NCBI GenBank assembly: GCA_965228485.1
Contig: OZ245819.1
Location: forward strand, 1-32,000
Origin: Candidatus Saccharimonadota bacterium
GTDB lineage: Bacteria; Patescibacteriota; Gracilibacteria; UBA4473
DNA length: 32,000 nucleotides
Direction: 5' to 3'
Position numbers and translations under genes: made by a program. This document shows, in pieces, positions 1 to 8,168 of this stretch. The notes beneath the pieces were generated by a model. The model was not told the origin of the DNA. It saw only the letters and a program-made list of their open reading frames with translations, and searched no databases. The first letter of the stretch is position 1; every line of letters begins with the position of its first letter.

Positions 1-1
1 C

Positions 2-772
2 GTCTTCTGTATCGAGTGCGAGATCATTATCATCGTCCGGGTCTCGATTGTCTCCGATCCCATCATTGTCGGTGTCAGCGCTTTCGTTTGGGTCTGTTGG
101 GAATAGATCCTCTTTGTCCCAGATTCCATCACCGTCAGTATCTCGGTTCTGGCTATCAGTTCCTAATAGTGCTTCTTCGGTATCATAAAGTCCATCGTTG
201 TCATCATCACCATCGGCATTATTCCCCGTGCCATCACCATCTGTATCGACGTGTTCATTCGGATCGAGAGGGAAAGCATCTTGAGGGTCTCCAACATTAT
301 CGTTGTCATCATCATCATCTTCACTATTGAGAATTCCATCTCCGTCACTATCAATGTCTTGTACTATCTTAAGAGTGCTTCGTTCACTCCAATATTCAGC
401 ACTGTCCCAAGTATTTTCTGTTACGAGTGCTTCGATATCGTATTCATCAGGATTAATAAAGCTAATGTCTGTCCAGAGAGTGTCTTGGCTTTCTGATTTA
501 ACAAATACTGGTAAATCTTGTTTAAGAATGGTTCTAGTTGGAATATCCCTGAAGGTGACCCATCCTCGAAAATCTTCGTTTCCGGTATTTTCTGTTTGTA
601 AGTAGACTCGAATATTGCCTCCGTCAATCAAAGCAGTATTACTTTCTGATACATTTTTGAGGTCAGACTCTCTGACGTATAACTGTGAATATATTTGGGC
701 AAACGTGGTATGACTAAAAATGCAAGCCATCGATAGCCAGAGGGAGTAGGCGATTAATCGACTTTGTTTCAT
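2..772 (-). CDS. Secreted Asp-rich calcium-binding repeat protein (thrombospondin type-3-like repeats); C-terminus lies beyond the window edge
   Basis: Absent from the ORF track because there is no stop in the window. Manual translation from ATG 772..770 gives [26 protein letters not shown] (signal peptide). The frame then stays open to position 2, with repeated DxDxDGxxDxxD units ([67 protein letters not shown]). Confidence 0.7.
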   Translation of the reverse strand, partial: MKQSRLIAYSLWLSMACIFSHTTFAQIYSQLYVRESDLKNVSESNTALIDGGNIRVYLQTENTGNEDFRGWVTFRDIPTRTILKQDLPVFVKSESQDTLWTDISFINPDEYDIEALVTENTWDSAEYWSERSTLKIVQDIDSDGDGILNSEDDDDDNDNVGDPQDAFPLDPNEHVDTDGDGTGNNADGDDDNDGLYDTEEALLGTDSQNRDTDGDGIWDKEDLFPTDPNESADTDNDGIGDNRDPDDDNDLALDTED

Positions 773-896
773 TTTTTTGTTCAATTATTTAGTCCTTTTA
801 TAGCACTAAATTCTATAAAGGACAAAATTTTTTATTTGTTAAATTCTTCTTATTTTTTTGGTAATTAACCTTTATGATTTTTTTCTCAATCTCGTG

Positions 897-924
897 TAGA
901 CAAATCCGATTAAAGTCATAGAAT
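897..924 (+). promoter_or_regulatory. Possible sigma70-type promoter for the tRNA-Cys/tRNA-Leu pair
   Basis: TAGACA (897-902), a 16-nt spacer, then TAGAAT (919-924), about 30 nt upstream of the tRNA-Cys 5' end. Confidence 0.3.
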
Positions 925-956
925 CACGAAGCTTTTTCAGGAGCAAGTTTTTGGAT

Positions 957-1030
957 GGCGCCATGGCCAAGTGGTAAGGCAGGGGCCTGCAAAGCCTTTA
1001 TCCCCAGTTCGATTCTGGGTGGCGCCTCCA
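957..1030 (+). tRNA. tRNA-Cys (anticodon GCA), CCA encoded
   Basis: Hand-folded cloverleaf. Acceptor GGCGCCA/TGGCGCC, anticodon loop CTGCAAA, T-arm CCCAG-TTCGATT-CTGGG, discriminator T, then CCA at 1028-1030. Confidence 0.9.
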
Positions 1031-1035
1031 GATTA

Positions 1036-1123
1036 GCCCAGGTGGTGGAATTGGTAGACACGCAAGACTTAAAATCTTGTGGCCTAAACAGCCGTGCGGG
1101 TTCGATTCCCGCCCTGGGCACCA
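1036..1123 (+). tRNA. tRNA-Leu (anticodon UAA), class II long variable arm, CCA encoded
   Basis: Acceptor GCCCAGG/CCTGGGC, anticodon stem CAAGA/TCTTG with loop CTTAAAA, long variable arm, T-arm GCGGG-TTCGATT-CCCGC, CCA at 1121-1123. Confidence 0.9.
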
Positions 1124-1132
1124 TGAAAAGTT

Positions 1133-1158
1133 TGTGACCTTCTTGGTCGCAGGTTTTT
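1133..1158 (+). terminator. Rho-independent terminator after the tRNA pair
   Basis: Stem TGTGACC (1133-1139) / GGTCGCA (1145-1151), 7 bp including one G-U. Loop TTCTT, followed by GGTTTTT. Confidence 0.55.
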
Positions 1159-1180
1159 CATTTTGCAGTTTAAAGGCTCT

Positions 1181-1666
1181 CTATTCAGTAGTTTCAATAA
1201 TCTCCCAGTTTTTAATAATATCTTCGCAGCTGCTCTTTTTATTGGTGGTTACTTCATAACTACAGCTGCCGAGAAGGAAGTGATTACTTTTGTTTACAGG
1301 ATAAATTCTTTGCCAAAAAATTCTTATAGGTAAATCTGCCTGAGGCTGTCCTTTAAAGCTCCATTGATTATTGGTTTTTTCTAAAATTTCAAAAAAGAAA
1401 AAATCTTTTTCAACTCCGGCTAGAATTTGTTCTTGAAGATTGTCTTGTTTTTGATTTCTTTTCAGGATTACAAAATTTTCATCTTGGTTTCTTGCCATAA
1501 AAAGAACATCTGTTTGAAGTGGAAGTTTTTCCCAGGACTCTGGAACGGTAACTTGCCAATTTTTTCCATTAAAGCTAACGGTCTCTGAAGTGACAGAACT
1601 GCTTTTTAGGGTAGAACCACATCCAGAAAGTATTATAATAACCAAGAATAGAATTAATTGTCGCAT
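1181..1666 (-). CDS. Lipoprotein, function unknown
   Basis: 161-aa ORF. The N-terminus MRQLILFLVIIILSGCGS has a lipobox (LSGC). Confidence 0.75.
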   Translation of the reverse strand: MRQLILFLVIIILSGCGSTLKSSSVTSETVSFNGKNWQVTVPESWEKLPLQTDVLFMARNQDENFVILKRNQKQDNLQEQILAGVEKDFFFFEILEKTNNQWSFKGQPQADLPIRIFWQRIYPVNKSNHFLLGSCSYEVTTNKKSSCEDIIKNWEIIETTE

Positions 1667-1692
1667 TTTAAATTCATTCTAAAAAGAATTAT

Positions 1693-2148
1693 ATGAAAAT
1701 TAAAGTTTATTTTTTCGGTAAGAAAACAGAGATTGAGGCTCGAGAAAAGAAATATATCCAACGTGTAAATTTTAATCATGAGCTTGAAGTGATCAGTTTA
1801 TCTCAATCTGGTAGTAAGGATATTGGAGTGGTGAAGTCTCAGGAGGCAGAAAGTTTTTTGAAGAAAATTGAGTCTACTGATTTTTTGATAGCTCTTGATG
1901 AGAGAGGTGTACAGATGGATTCTTTAGAATTTTCTGATTTTTTAATGTCACGACAGTTGGCTTCACAGCGTTTGGTTTTTGTAGTGGGGGGAGCTCATGG
2001 GCTTCATGATTCCATTACTCAGCGGGCGGATTTTTTGCTTTCTTTTGGACGGATGGTTTGGACGAGGGAGGTGGCAAGATTAATGTTGTTGGAGCAGTTG
2101 TATAGAGGATTTGAGATTGCTCGAGGGAGTAATTTTCACAAAGTATAA
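1693..2148 (+). CDS. rlmH: 23S rRNA (pseudouridine1915-N3)-methyltransferase RlmH (SPOUT family)
   Basis: 151 aa. Contains LDERG, FVVGGAHGL and a C-terminal LSFGRMVWTREVARLMLLEQLYRGFEIARGSNFHK, which matches the RlmH knot-region pattern. Confidence 0.85.
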   Translation: MKIKVYFFGKKTEIEAREKKYIQRVNFNHELEVISLSQSGSKDIGVVKSQEAESFLKKIESTDFLIALDERGVQMDSLEFSDFLMSRQLASQRLVFVVGGAHGLHDSITQRADFLLSFGRMVWTREVARLMLLEQLYRGFEIARGSNFHKV

Positions 2149-2241
2149 TTTCTTCTTGAATTTATTTCTTAAAAATAATTTGCTCCCTTTGGGAAATTAT
2201 TTTAACATCACCCGCGAAAAAATTGTTAACTCACAAAAATT

Positions 2242-2853
2242 ATGTTCAAACGTATCTTGGTTTTAGTCTTGTTTTTATTTGGAGTTTTTTGGTGGCTATC
2301 AAATCGGAATGATGACCAGACGCCAAAAAATACTGATACAGAGGTTGTAGAAGAAAATACTTCAGAAGGAACGGAGAGTACTGAAACTGAGGTTTCTGAT
2401 AATGAAGAAGAATCTACGGAGGGTGAAGAAAATGCTTCCGAGGAAGCAGAGGTACCGGTTGAGTCTGGAAAAGAGGAAGCTAATACTCCAGCAGAAACGA
2501 CTCAAACAGAAACAGCAAAAACCCAGTCACCAGTTGCACCAAAAACAACATACCGTCCACCAGTAGTACCGATTCCCGATGTTCAGACGGATGTGAAAGT
2601 TTATGTTTATGAATGGAATATGGATTTCTCTAAGAAGACTATCCCGTCAGGAACGGTGAATTTTCAAGTAGAAAATAATGGTCGATTCACACATGATTTT
2701 GCTATTAAAGGTTTTGGAAATCTTGGGAAAGTTACTCCGGGACAATCTCAAACATTTACGATCAAGCTTAGACCAGGAACATATGAAGCTTTTTCAGACC
2801 GAAGACAAGATTATGAACGAGGCGTGAAAGGCTCTTTCACGGTGACTCAATAA
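2242..2853 (+). CDS. Membrane-anchored protein with an acidic linker and a C-terminal cupredoxin-like domain that lacks copper ligands
   Basis: N-terminal TM (ILVLVLFLFGVFWWL), an E/T-rich linker, then VKVYVYEWNMDFS...GTVNFQVENNGRFTHDFAI...GTYEAFSDRRQDYERGVKGSFTV. This resembles the cupredoxin fold pattern, but the domain contains no Cys. Confidence 0.6.
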   Translation: MFKRILVLVLFLFGVFWWLSNRNDDQTPKNTDTEVVEENTSEGTESTETEVSDNEEESTEGEENASEEAEVPVESGKEEANTPAETTQTETAKTQSPVAPKTTYRPPVVPIPDVQTDVKVYVYEWNMDFSKKTIPSGTVNFQVENNGRFTHDFAIKGFGNLGKVTPGQSQTFTIKLRPGTYEAFSDRRQDYERGVKGSFTVTQ

Positions 2854-2873
2854 TATAAAAGAAGAGAGGAAGG

Positions 2874-2908
2874 AAAAAAAGTCATTCTTTGGGGGAATGG
2901 CTTTTTTT
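2874..2908. terminator. Rho-independent (potentially bidirectional) terminator
   Basis: A7 run, stem GTCATTC (2881-2887) / GAATGGC (2895-2901) with one G-U, then a T7 run. Confidence 0.6.
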
Positions 2909-2922
2909 GTGTATAATCTTTC

Positions 2923-3405
2923 TTGATGAAGCGGTATAAAACCCCTAGAGAATATGTTTTGTTTTTATTGGGACGACGTGAATATTCCGTGAAGGAATTA
3001 ACCAATAAAGCGTTAAAGTATTTCCCAGATCATGAAAAATCCGTCTTAGATTTGATCAAAAAATTTGAACAAGAAAAAAAAGTCTCTGATGAGCGTTTCT
3101 GTGATGTTTTTATTCGTAGTGAAGTCATTAAAGGAAATGGAGTTCGAAAAATTTATCAAAAATTACTACTTAAAGGCATTGCTAAAGACTTGGCAAAACA
3201 TAAATGTAATGAGTGTATTAAGAAAGAGGATGTCTTAGAGCAAGTTCAGCACTTGGCTCGGAAGAAACAACTTCAGATTTTAAGAAAGTATCCCCATATT
3301 TCTGAATTCGAACTTCGAGGTAAAATTACACAATATTTGGCAGGAAGAGGGTTTGATTATGGTCTTATAAAGAGCGGCCTTGACTTTTTGAAATCAGAGG
3401 CATAA
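2923..3405 (+). CDS. recX: RecX-like regulatory protein
   Basis: 160 aa, helical. The N-terminus EYVLFLLGRREYSVKELTNKALKY matches the RecX repeat pattern. The likely true start is ATG 2926; the ORF-track start at 2923 is TTG. Confidence 0.7.
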   Translation: MMKRYKTPREYVLFLLGRREYSVKELTNKALKYFPDHEKSVLDLIKKFEQEKKVSDERFCDVFIRSEVIKGNGVRKIYQKLLLKGIAKDLAKHKCNECIKKEDVLEQVQHLARKKQLQILRKYPHISEFELRGKITQYLAGRGFDYGLIKSGLDFLKSEA

Positions 3406-3420
3406 GTTTCGGCGTAGATT

Positions 3421-4422
3421 ATGATGAAAAAAATTAGCTACTTGGCTTTTGCATTGATGTTTTTTTTGGTGGCTTGTACTTCGGAAGAAGTATCAGAAAT
3501 TGATTCCCAAGAAGAAGCCTTTAATAATAGTGGTCGAGCAAAAGCTATAGAATCAGAAACAGATATGTGGATGCTTTATGAAGATGAAGTGGCCGGTTTT
3601 TCTCTGCAGTATCCACATGATGTTGTTTTGAACGAGAATAATGATTTGGGAATACTTCTTTCACTTGAAACAGCTCCTATCGAATCACTAGAAGGAACTC
3701 TTGGATTTGATAGAGAAACGGCAGAATCTAATAAAATCGCGTTGAGCCTTGGGGATTATGGAGTAGATGTAGATTTTCCGCTGGAGTCTTCTAAAAAAGT
3801 TCGTTCTTTAGAATCAGGAATTAACGCACAGGAATTTATGGTGCTCGGGCGATTTGAAGTTTGTGATATGACTTTTGAGCGTAAGCTGTATTTTTTTAAT
3901 CATGATCATCAGGTTGTTGTGAGTTTAGAAATTCCGTTGGAATTGGTAAGAGAAGAATTAAATTCTTATTTAAAACAAGATAATGAAAATTGTGGTGGTG
4001 AACTTGTTTGGGATTTTGATAAACAGTCTGATTTTTTTGATGATTTATCAGCAGAAGATTTTAAAGGGGAATTGTTGAGTCGATGGTTTAAGGTTTTTGA
4101 TCAGATAGTAGGGACAATAAAGGTTTTGCCTGCAAGTGATGAAATTGCGCTAGATGCTTCTTTGTTGCAGGGTAAATGGAGGTCTCTTGATGATGAAAAA
4201 TCTGTCATAGAATTCCGTGATAGTTATAAAATTGATTATTATAATCAGGAAAAACTGTCAGAGGATTATTTTAATTTTGATCCTTATACCAATCATCTAG
4301 TAGTGACTGGAGATGATATAGAAGAAGCTCTGAAATACTCTGTGGAAGAACTGGATCAAGAAAGCCTAGTCTTAATGTATTTGTGGCGTGGAAACTTTTT
4401 GAAGTATAAGAGATTAGAATAA
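3421..4422 (+). CDS. Lipoprotein, function unknown
   Basis: 333 aa. MMKKISYLAFALMFFLVACTS has a lipobox (LVAC). The mature protein is acidic. Confidence 0.75.
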   Translation: MMKKISYLAFALMFFLVACTSEEVSEIDSQEEAFNNSGRAKAIESETDMWMLYEDEVAGFSLQYPHDVVLNENNDLGILLSLETAPIESLEGTLGFDRETAESNKIALSLGDYGVDVDFPLESSKKVRSLESGINAQEFMVLGRFEVCDMTFERKLYFFNHDHQVVVSLEIPLELVREELNSYLKQDNENCGGELVWDFDKQSDFFDDLSAEDFKGELLSRWFKVFDQIVGTIKVLPASDEIALDASLLQGKWRSLDDEKSVIEFRDSYKIDYYNQEKLSEDYFNFDPYTNHLVVTGDDIEEALKYSVEELDQESLVLMYLWRGNFLKYKRLE

Positions 4423-4478
4423 TTGTATATTGAAAAAAAACTATATTTCAGCATGCTGCTCTTGTATAGGTTTTTATT

Positions 4479-5672
4479 ATGAACAAAAATTTTGATCTAG
4501 AAGGTAAGTCAGGTAAGGCGAGAGCTGGAGTTTTGAAGACTCGAAAGGGGGAAATTCAAACGCCTTTTTTTATGTCAGTAGCGACAAGAGCGGCTATTAA
4601 AGCGGGCGTTTCTATGGAAGATTTAGAAGCGGCTCAGGCTCCAGTAGTGCTTTGTAATACGTATCATTTATATTTGAAACCAGGTCCAGAAAATATAGAA
4701 GCCATGGGAGGGCTTCATGAGTTTATGAAATGTGAGAAACCCATTTTAACCGATAGTGGGGGATTTCAGGTTTTTTCTATTAAGCGAAAAAAAATCACGG
4801 ATGATGGTGTTTGGTTCAACTCCCATATTGACGGAAAACGTATCTGGATTGATGCAGAAAAGTCTATTGATATTCAGCATAAACTTGGAGCAGATATGAT
4901 CATGGCTTTTGATGAGTGTCCGCCAAGTAGTTTACCAGTAAATGAAGAACGATTAGCAGAATTGGGGAAGAAAGAGTACTGGCGTCGTCATAATAAAAAA
5001 CTCTATTTTAATGTTAAAAAAGCGGTTGAACGAACTACCGATTGGGCAAAAAGATCTCTTGATTTTCATGCCAAAAAATATGATTTAGATTTGCCTCCGA
5101 CAGAACGCTCTCAGTTATTTGGAATTGTGCAGGGAGGCTGTTTTAAAGATCTTCGAGAGAAGTCTCTTTCGGAAATCACGGCTTTGCCTTTTGATGGTTT
5201 TGCAATGGGGGGGTTGGCAGTAGGGGAGCCGAATGAAGTGATGTATCAGGTCTTGGATGATATTGTCGATAAACTGCCCGAGGAGAAGCCTCGTTATTTG
5301 ATGGGAGTGGGTACGCCTCAAGATTTGATAGAGGCCGTTAGTCGAGGGATTGACATGTTTGATTGTGTTTTTCCTGCTCGAAATGCACGTCATGGGACGG
5401 TTTATTCTTGGGAGGGAGCTTTTCGAATCACTAATGAAGAATATAAATTAGATCAATCACCTTTAGATAAAAAATGTCATTGTCCTGTTTGTAAGAAAGG
5501 TTATTCAAAAGGTTATATTAACCATCTTATGAAGGTTGATGAAGATTTAGGGAAGCGTTTTTTGACGATTCATAATCTTGCATTCTATCATGATTTAATG
5601 CGAGTAATGCGAGAAAAAATTATTGAAGGGACTTTTGATGATTGGAAGGGCAAGATACTAAAGCAATTGTAA
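4479..5672 (+). CDS. tgt: tRNA-guanine transglycosylase (queuine tRNA-ribosyltransferase)
   Basis: 397 aa with LTDSGGFQVFS, LFGIVQGG, GFAMGGLAVGE, PRYLMGVGTP, DMFDCV and the zinc site CHCPVC...H. Confidence 0.95.
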   Translation: MNKNFDLEGKSGKARAGVLKTRKGEIQTPFFMSVATRAAIKAGVSMEDLEAAQAPVVLCNTYHLYLKPGPENIEAMGGLHEFMKCEKPILTDSGGFQVFSIKRKKITDDGVWFNSHIDGKRIWIDAEKSIDIQHKLGADMIMAFDECPPSSLPVNEERLAELGKKEYWRRHNKKLYFNVKKAVERTTDWAKRSLDFHAKKYDLDLPPTERSQLFGIVQGGCFKDLREKSLSEITALPFDGFAMGGLAVGEPNEVMYQVLDDIVDKLPEEKPRYLMGVGTPQDLIEAVSRGIDMFDCVFPARNARHGTVYSWEGAFRITNEEYKLDQSPLDKKCHCPVCKKGYSKGYINHLMKVDEDLGKRFLTIHNLAFYHDLMRVMREKIIEGTFDDWKGKILKQL

Positions 5673-5703
5673 AAAAACCATCTCGGAAAGGAGATGGTTT
5701 TTC
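5671..5703. terminator. Bidirectional rho-independent terminator between tgt and a small minus-strand ORF
   Basis: A-run, stem ACCATCTC (5677-5684) / GAGATGGT (5691-5698), loop GGAAAG, then a T-run. Confidence 0.7.
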
Positions 5704-5732
5704 TAAAAATCGCATTTAAATTTTCACCGTTT

Positions 5733-5888
5733 TTAGAAAAACCCCCAATCGGTGAAGAATAGATTTGCTTGAGTTAAGGCTGCAAATTCTCGGGCATAAA
5801 ATCCTAGAATTGCAGAAAAGGCTACTACTCCAGCCGCAACGAAGCAGTCAGTCCAGATTTCAGGAAGGGCAAAAGTTTTTGTTTTCAT
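5733..5888 (-). CDS. Possible 51-aa single-pass membrane protein
   Basis: Below the ORF-track size cutoff. Manual translation gives MKTKTFALPEIWTDCFVAAGVVAFSAILGFYAREFAALTQANLFFTDWGFF. The ORF ends just before a 9-bp inverted repeat and the shared terminator. Confidence 0.3.
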   Translation of the reverse strand: MKTKTFALPEIWTDCFVAAGVVAFSAILGFYAREFAALTQANLFFTDWGFF

Positions 5889-6038
5889 GTTTTGGTTTTG
5901 GGGGTTAAAAATATATCAGGCTATTGTAACAAATTTTTAATGAAATTTGAAGTCTATTTTCTGCTTTTTTTCTTTAGGTTTTCTTAAGGTTGAAATGAGC
6001 TTTTGGTTTTAGTTTATTTTTGTAGAATCTTTGTGATT

Positions 6039-7163
6039 ATGTCGAAACTTAAGAATAAAAAAGTGGTTATTATTGCCGATTGGCTCACCAATCAAGGTGG
6101 TGCGGAGCAGGTAGTGGCCGCCATGTCTGAATTGTTCCCAGAAAGCCCTATTTATACTTCAGTGTACACAAAAGGATCTGTGCCAGTATTAGATGGAAAG
6201 GATATTCGTGGTACATGGCTGCAAAAACTCCCTCTCAAGCTTAGAAAGAAGCATCAATTTTTATTGCCGTTTTTACCTGGGGCTTTTGAGCGTTTAGACT
6301 TATCGAATTTTGACGTGATCCTGAGTTCTAGTTCAGCATTTTCCAAAAGTGTTCGGAAAAAGAAAAAAGAGCAAATTCATTTTTGTTACTGTCACACACC
6401 AACACGTTATTTGTATAATGCTCGACAGGAGTATCTTGAGACTTATCCACTGCCTTGGTGGTTGCGTCCATTTAAGGTTTTTCTGCCAAAATTATTAGAT
6501 TACCTGACCAAAAAAGATCAAAAGGCGGCTCAAAATGTAGACTATTTTATTAGTAATTCAGATTATATCGGTCAGCGGATTGATACTTATTATAAACAAG
6601 ATTCTCAGACTATTTACCCTTGTATTGAGGCTGATCGGTTGTTGAATTCTCAACGAAAAAGAGACGACTACTTTTTAGCTGTTGGGCGTTTTATTCCTTA
6701 TAAGAGATTTGATTTGTTGGTAGAGACATTTGTTAAAAATGGTTTGCCATTAAAGCTTGGAGGAACGGGGCCTGAAATGGACCGTTGTAAGGGGCTTGCT
6801 AGGGGGGCAAGAAATATCGAATTTCTCGGCTTTGTTCCCACGGAGGATTTGCCAAATTTATATGCAGGTGCACGAGCTTTTTTGTTTCCTGCTGAGGAAG
6901 ATTTTGGTCTTACTCCTGTGGAAGCAATGTGTGCGGGAGTGCCTGTTGTTGCTTATGGAAAAGGAGGAGCAATAGAGTCTGTAACGCCTGATACGGGGAT
7001 TTTCTTTGGAGAGCAAAGTATTGAATCTTTGCAGAAGTCTATTGATAATTTTATATTAAATGAACAAAAATTTAGTTCAAAAAAAATAAAAGAAAGAGGC
7101 GCTCAATTTGATGTAAAAATTTTTCAGGAAAATTTAATTCAGTTTATGGAAAAAAATATTTAG
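6039..7163 (+). CDS. Glycosyltransferase family 4 (GT-B fold)
   Basis: C-terminal EDFGLTPVEAMCAGVPVVAYGKGG (E-x7-E-type motif). The likely start is ATG 6039 (MSKLKNKKVVII). The in-frame GTG at 6033 and the ORF-track start at 6003 are alternatives. Confidence 0.85.
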   Translation: MSKLKNKKVVIIADWLTNQGGAEQVVAAMSELFPESPIYTSVYTKGSVPVLDGKDIRGTWLQKLPLKLRKKHQFLLPFLPGAFERLDLSNFDVILSSSSAFSKSVRKKKKEQIHFCYCHTPTRYLYNARQEYLETYPLPWWLRPFKVFLPKLLDYLTKKDQKAAQNVDYFISNSDYIGQRIDTYYKQDSQTIYPCIEADRLLNSQRKRDDYFLAVGRFIPYKRFDLLVETFVKNGLPLKLGGTGPEMDRCKGLARGARNIEFLGFVPTEDLPNLYAGARAFLFPAEEDFGLTPVEAMCAGVPVVAYGKGGAIESVTPDTGIFFGEQSIESLQKSIDNFILNEQKFSSKKIKERGAQFDVKIFQENLIQFMEKNI

Positions 7164-7170
7164 AATCTGT

Positions 7171-7611
7171 GTGATGACAAAAATTTATATCGGTTCTGAT
7201 CATGGAGGTTTTGAGCTTAAGGCTAAGGTAAAAGATTATTTAACTAGTGAATCTTATGAAGTTGAAGATTTGGGGTGTGAGAGCTCAGATAGTTGTGATT
7301 ATCCTAATTTTGGTAAAGCGGTAGGAGAAGCCGTTGTAGGGAATGAAGGAAGTCTTGGGATCGTGATCTGTGGTTCTGGTATTGGGGTTAGTATCGCGGT
7401 GAATAAGGTTCAAGGAGTTCGATGTGCTCTGGCTAATTCCAATGAATTGGCACGTCTTGGAAGAGAGCATAATGGAGCTAATATTTTGGCGATGGGGGAG
7501 CGGACTCAGTTTATTGATGACCCGTTAGAAATTGTTAATTCTTTTTTGAATACAAATATTGATCAGGGAGAGCGTCATGAGCGACGACGAAAACTGCTTG
7601 ATGATATGTAG
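7171..7611 (+). CDS. rpiB: Ribose-5-phosphate isomerase B (RpiB/LacAB family)
   Basis: KIYIGSDHGGFELK, ICGSGIGVSIAVNKVQGVRCAL and GANILAMGER. GTG at 7171 or ATG at 7174. Confidence 0.9.
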   Translation: MMTKIYIGSDHGGFELKAKVKDYLTSESYEVEDLGCESSDSCDYPNFGKAVGEAVVGNEGSLGIVICGSGIGVSIAVNKVQGVRCALANSNELARLGREHNGANILAMGERTQFIDDPLEIVNSFLNTNIDQGERHERRRKLLDDM

Positions 7612-7706
7612 AAACTGTTTTTTTGCTTAGGTCAACATAAAAGGTTTTTCCCTTTGCTGAATTGGTTTAAAATGCTAAGGCGTTATTATTTTTTAAGCCC
7701 GTAAAG

Positions 7707-8135
7707 ATGAATTCACTGAACAAGGCGCAAATCATTGGAAACCTGACAAGAGATCCAGAGCTGAAACAGACTACAGGCGGTCAATCTGTTTGCACTTTTG
7801 GAGTAGCGACAAATCGTTATTGGACTGACTCCAATGGTCAAAAACGAGATGAAGCCGAATATCATAATGTTGTTGCCTGGGGGAAATTAGCTGAGATTTG
7901 TGCTCAGTACTTGAAGAAAGGAAATAAAGTCTTTGTGGAAGGGCGATTACAGACTCGAAATTGGGAAGATGAAGGAGGTGCAAAACATTATCGAACTGAA
8001 ATTGTGGCTAATGATATGATTATTTTAAGTCCTCGAGGAGAAGTTGGGACTCAAGAAAATAGCGTAGCGGACGATGCTTCAGCACCTACACAAAGTGTAG
8101 AGGAAGAGATTAGTCCAGAGGATCTGCCTTTCTAG
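7707..8135 (+). CDS. ssb: Single-stranded DNA-binding protein
   Basis: OB-fold N-terminus (NKAQIIGNLTRDPELKQT...YHNVVAWGKLAE), a disordered acidic tail, and a terminal EDLPF. Confidence 0.9.
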   Translation: MNSLNKAQIIGNLTRDPELKQTTGGQSVCTFGVATNRYWTDSNGQKRDEAEYHNVVAWGKLAEICAQYLKKGNKVFVEGRLQTRNWEDEGGAKHYRTEIVANDMIILSPRGEVGTQENSVADDASAPTQSVEEEISPEDLPF

Positions 8136-8168
8136 TAGATTCTGATTTTTGTTTTTTAAATTTTTTGT

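Noticed and set aside
16-627. ORF-track entries 16-330(+), 163-354(-), 251-496(+), 303-605(+) and 421-627(-), with His-, Met-, Ile- or Ser-rich products
   Set aside because: All overlap the long open minus-strand frame 2-772, which encodes a signal peptide and Asp-rich repeats. Their odd compositions are frame shadows of GAT/GAC repeats.
5115-7470. Internal and antisense ORFs 5115-5393(-), 6757-6975(+) and 7285-7470(-)
   Set aside because: They are embedded in tgt, the GT4 gene and rpiB respectively, all of which have strong family motifs in the annotated frame.
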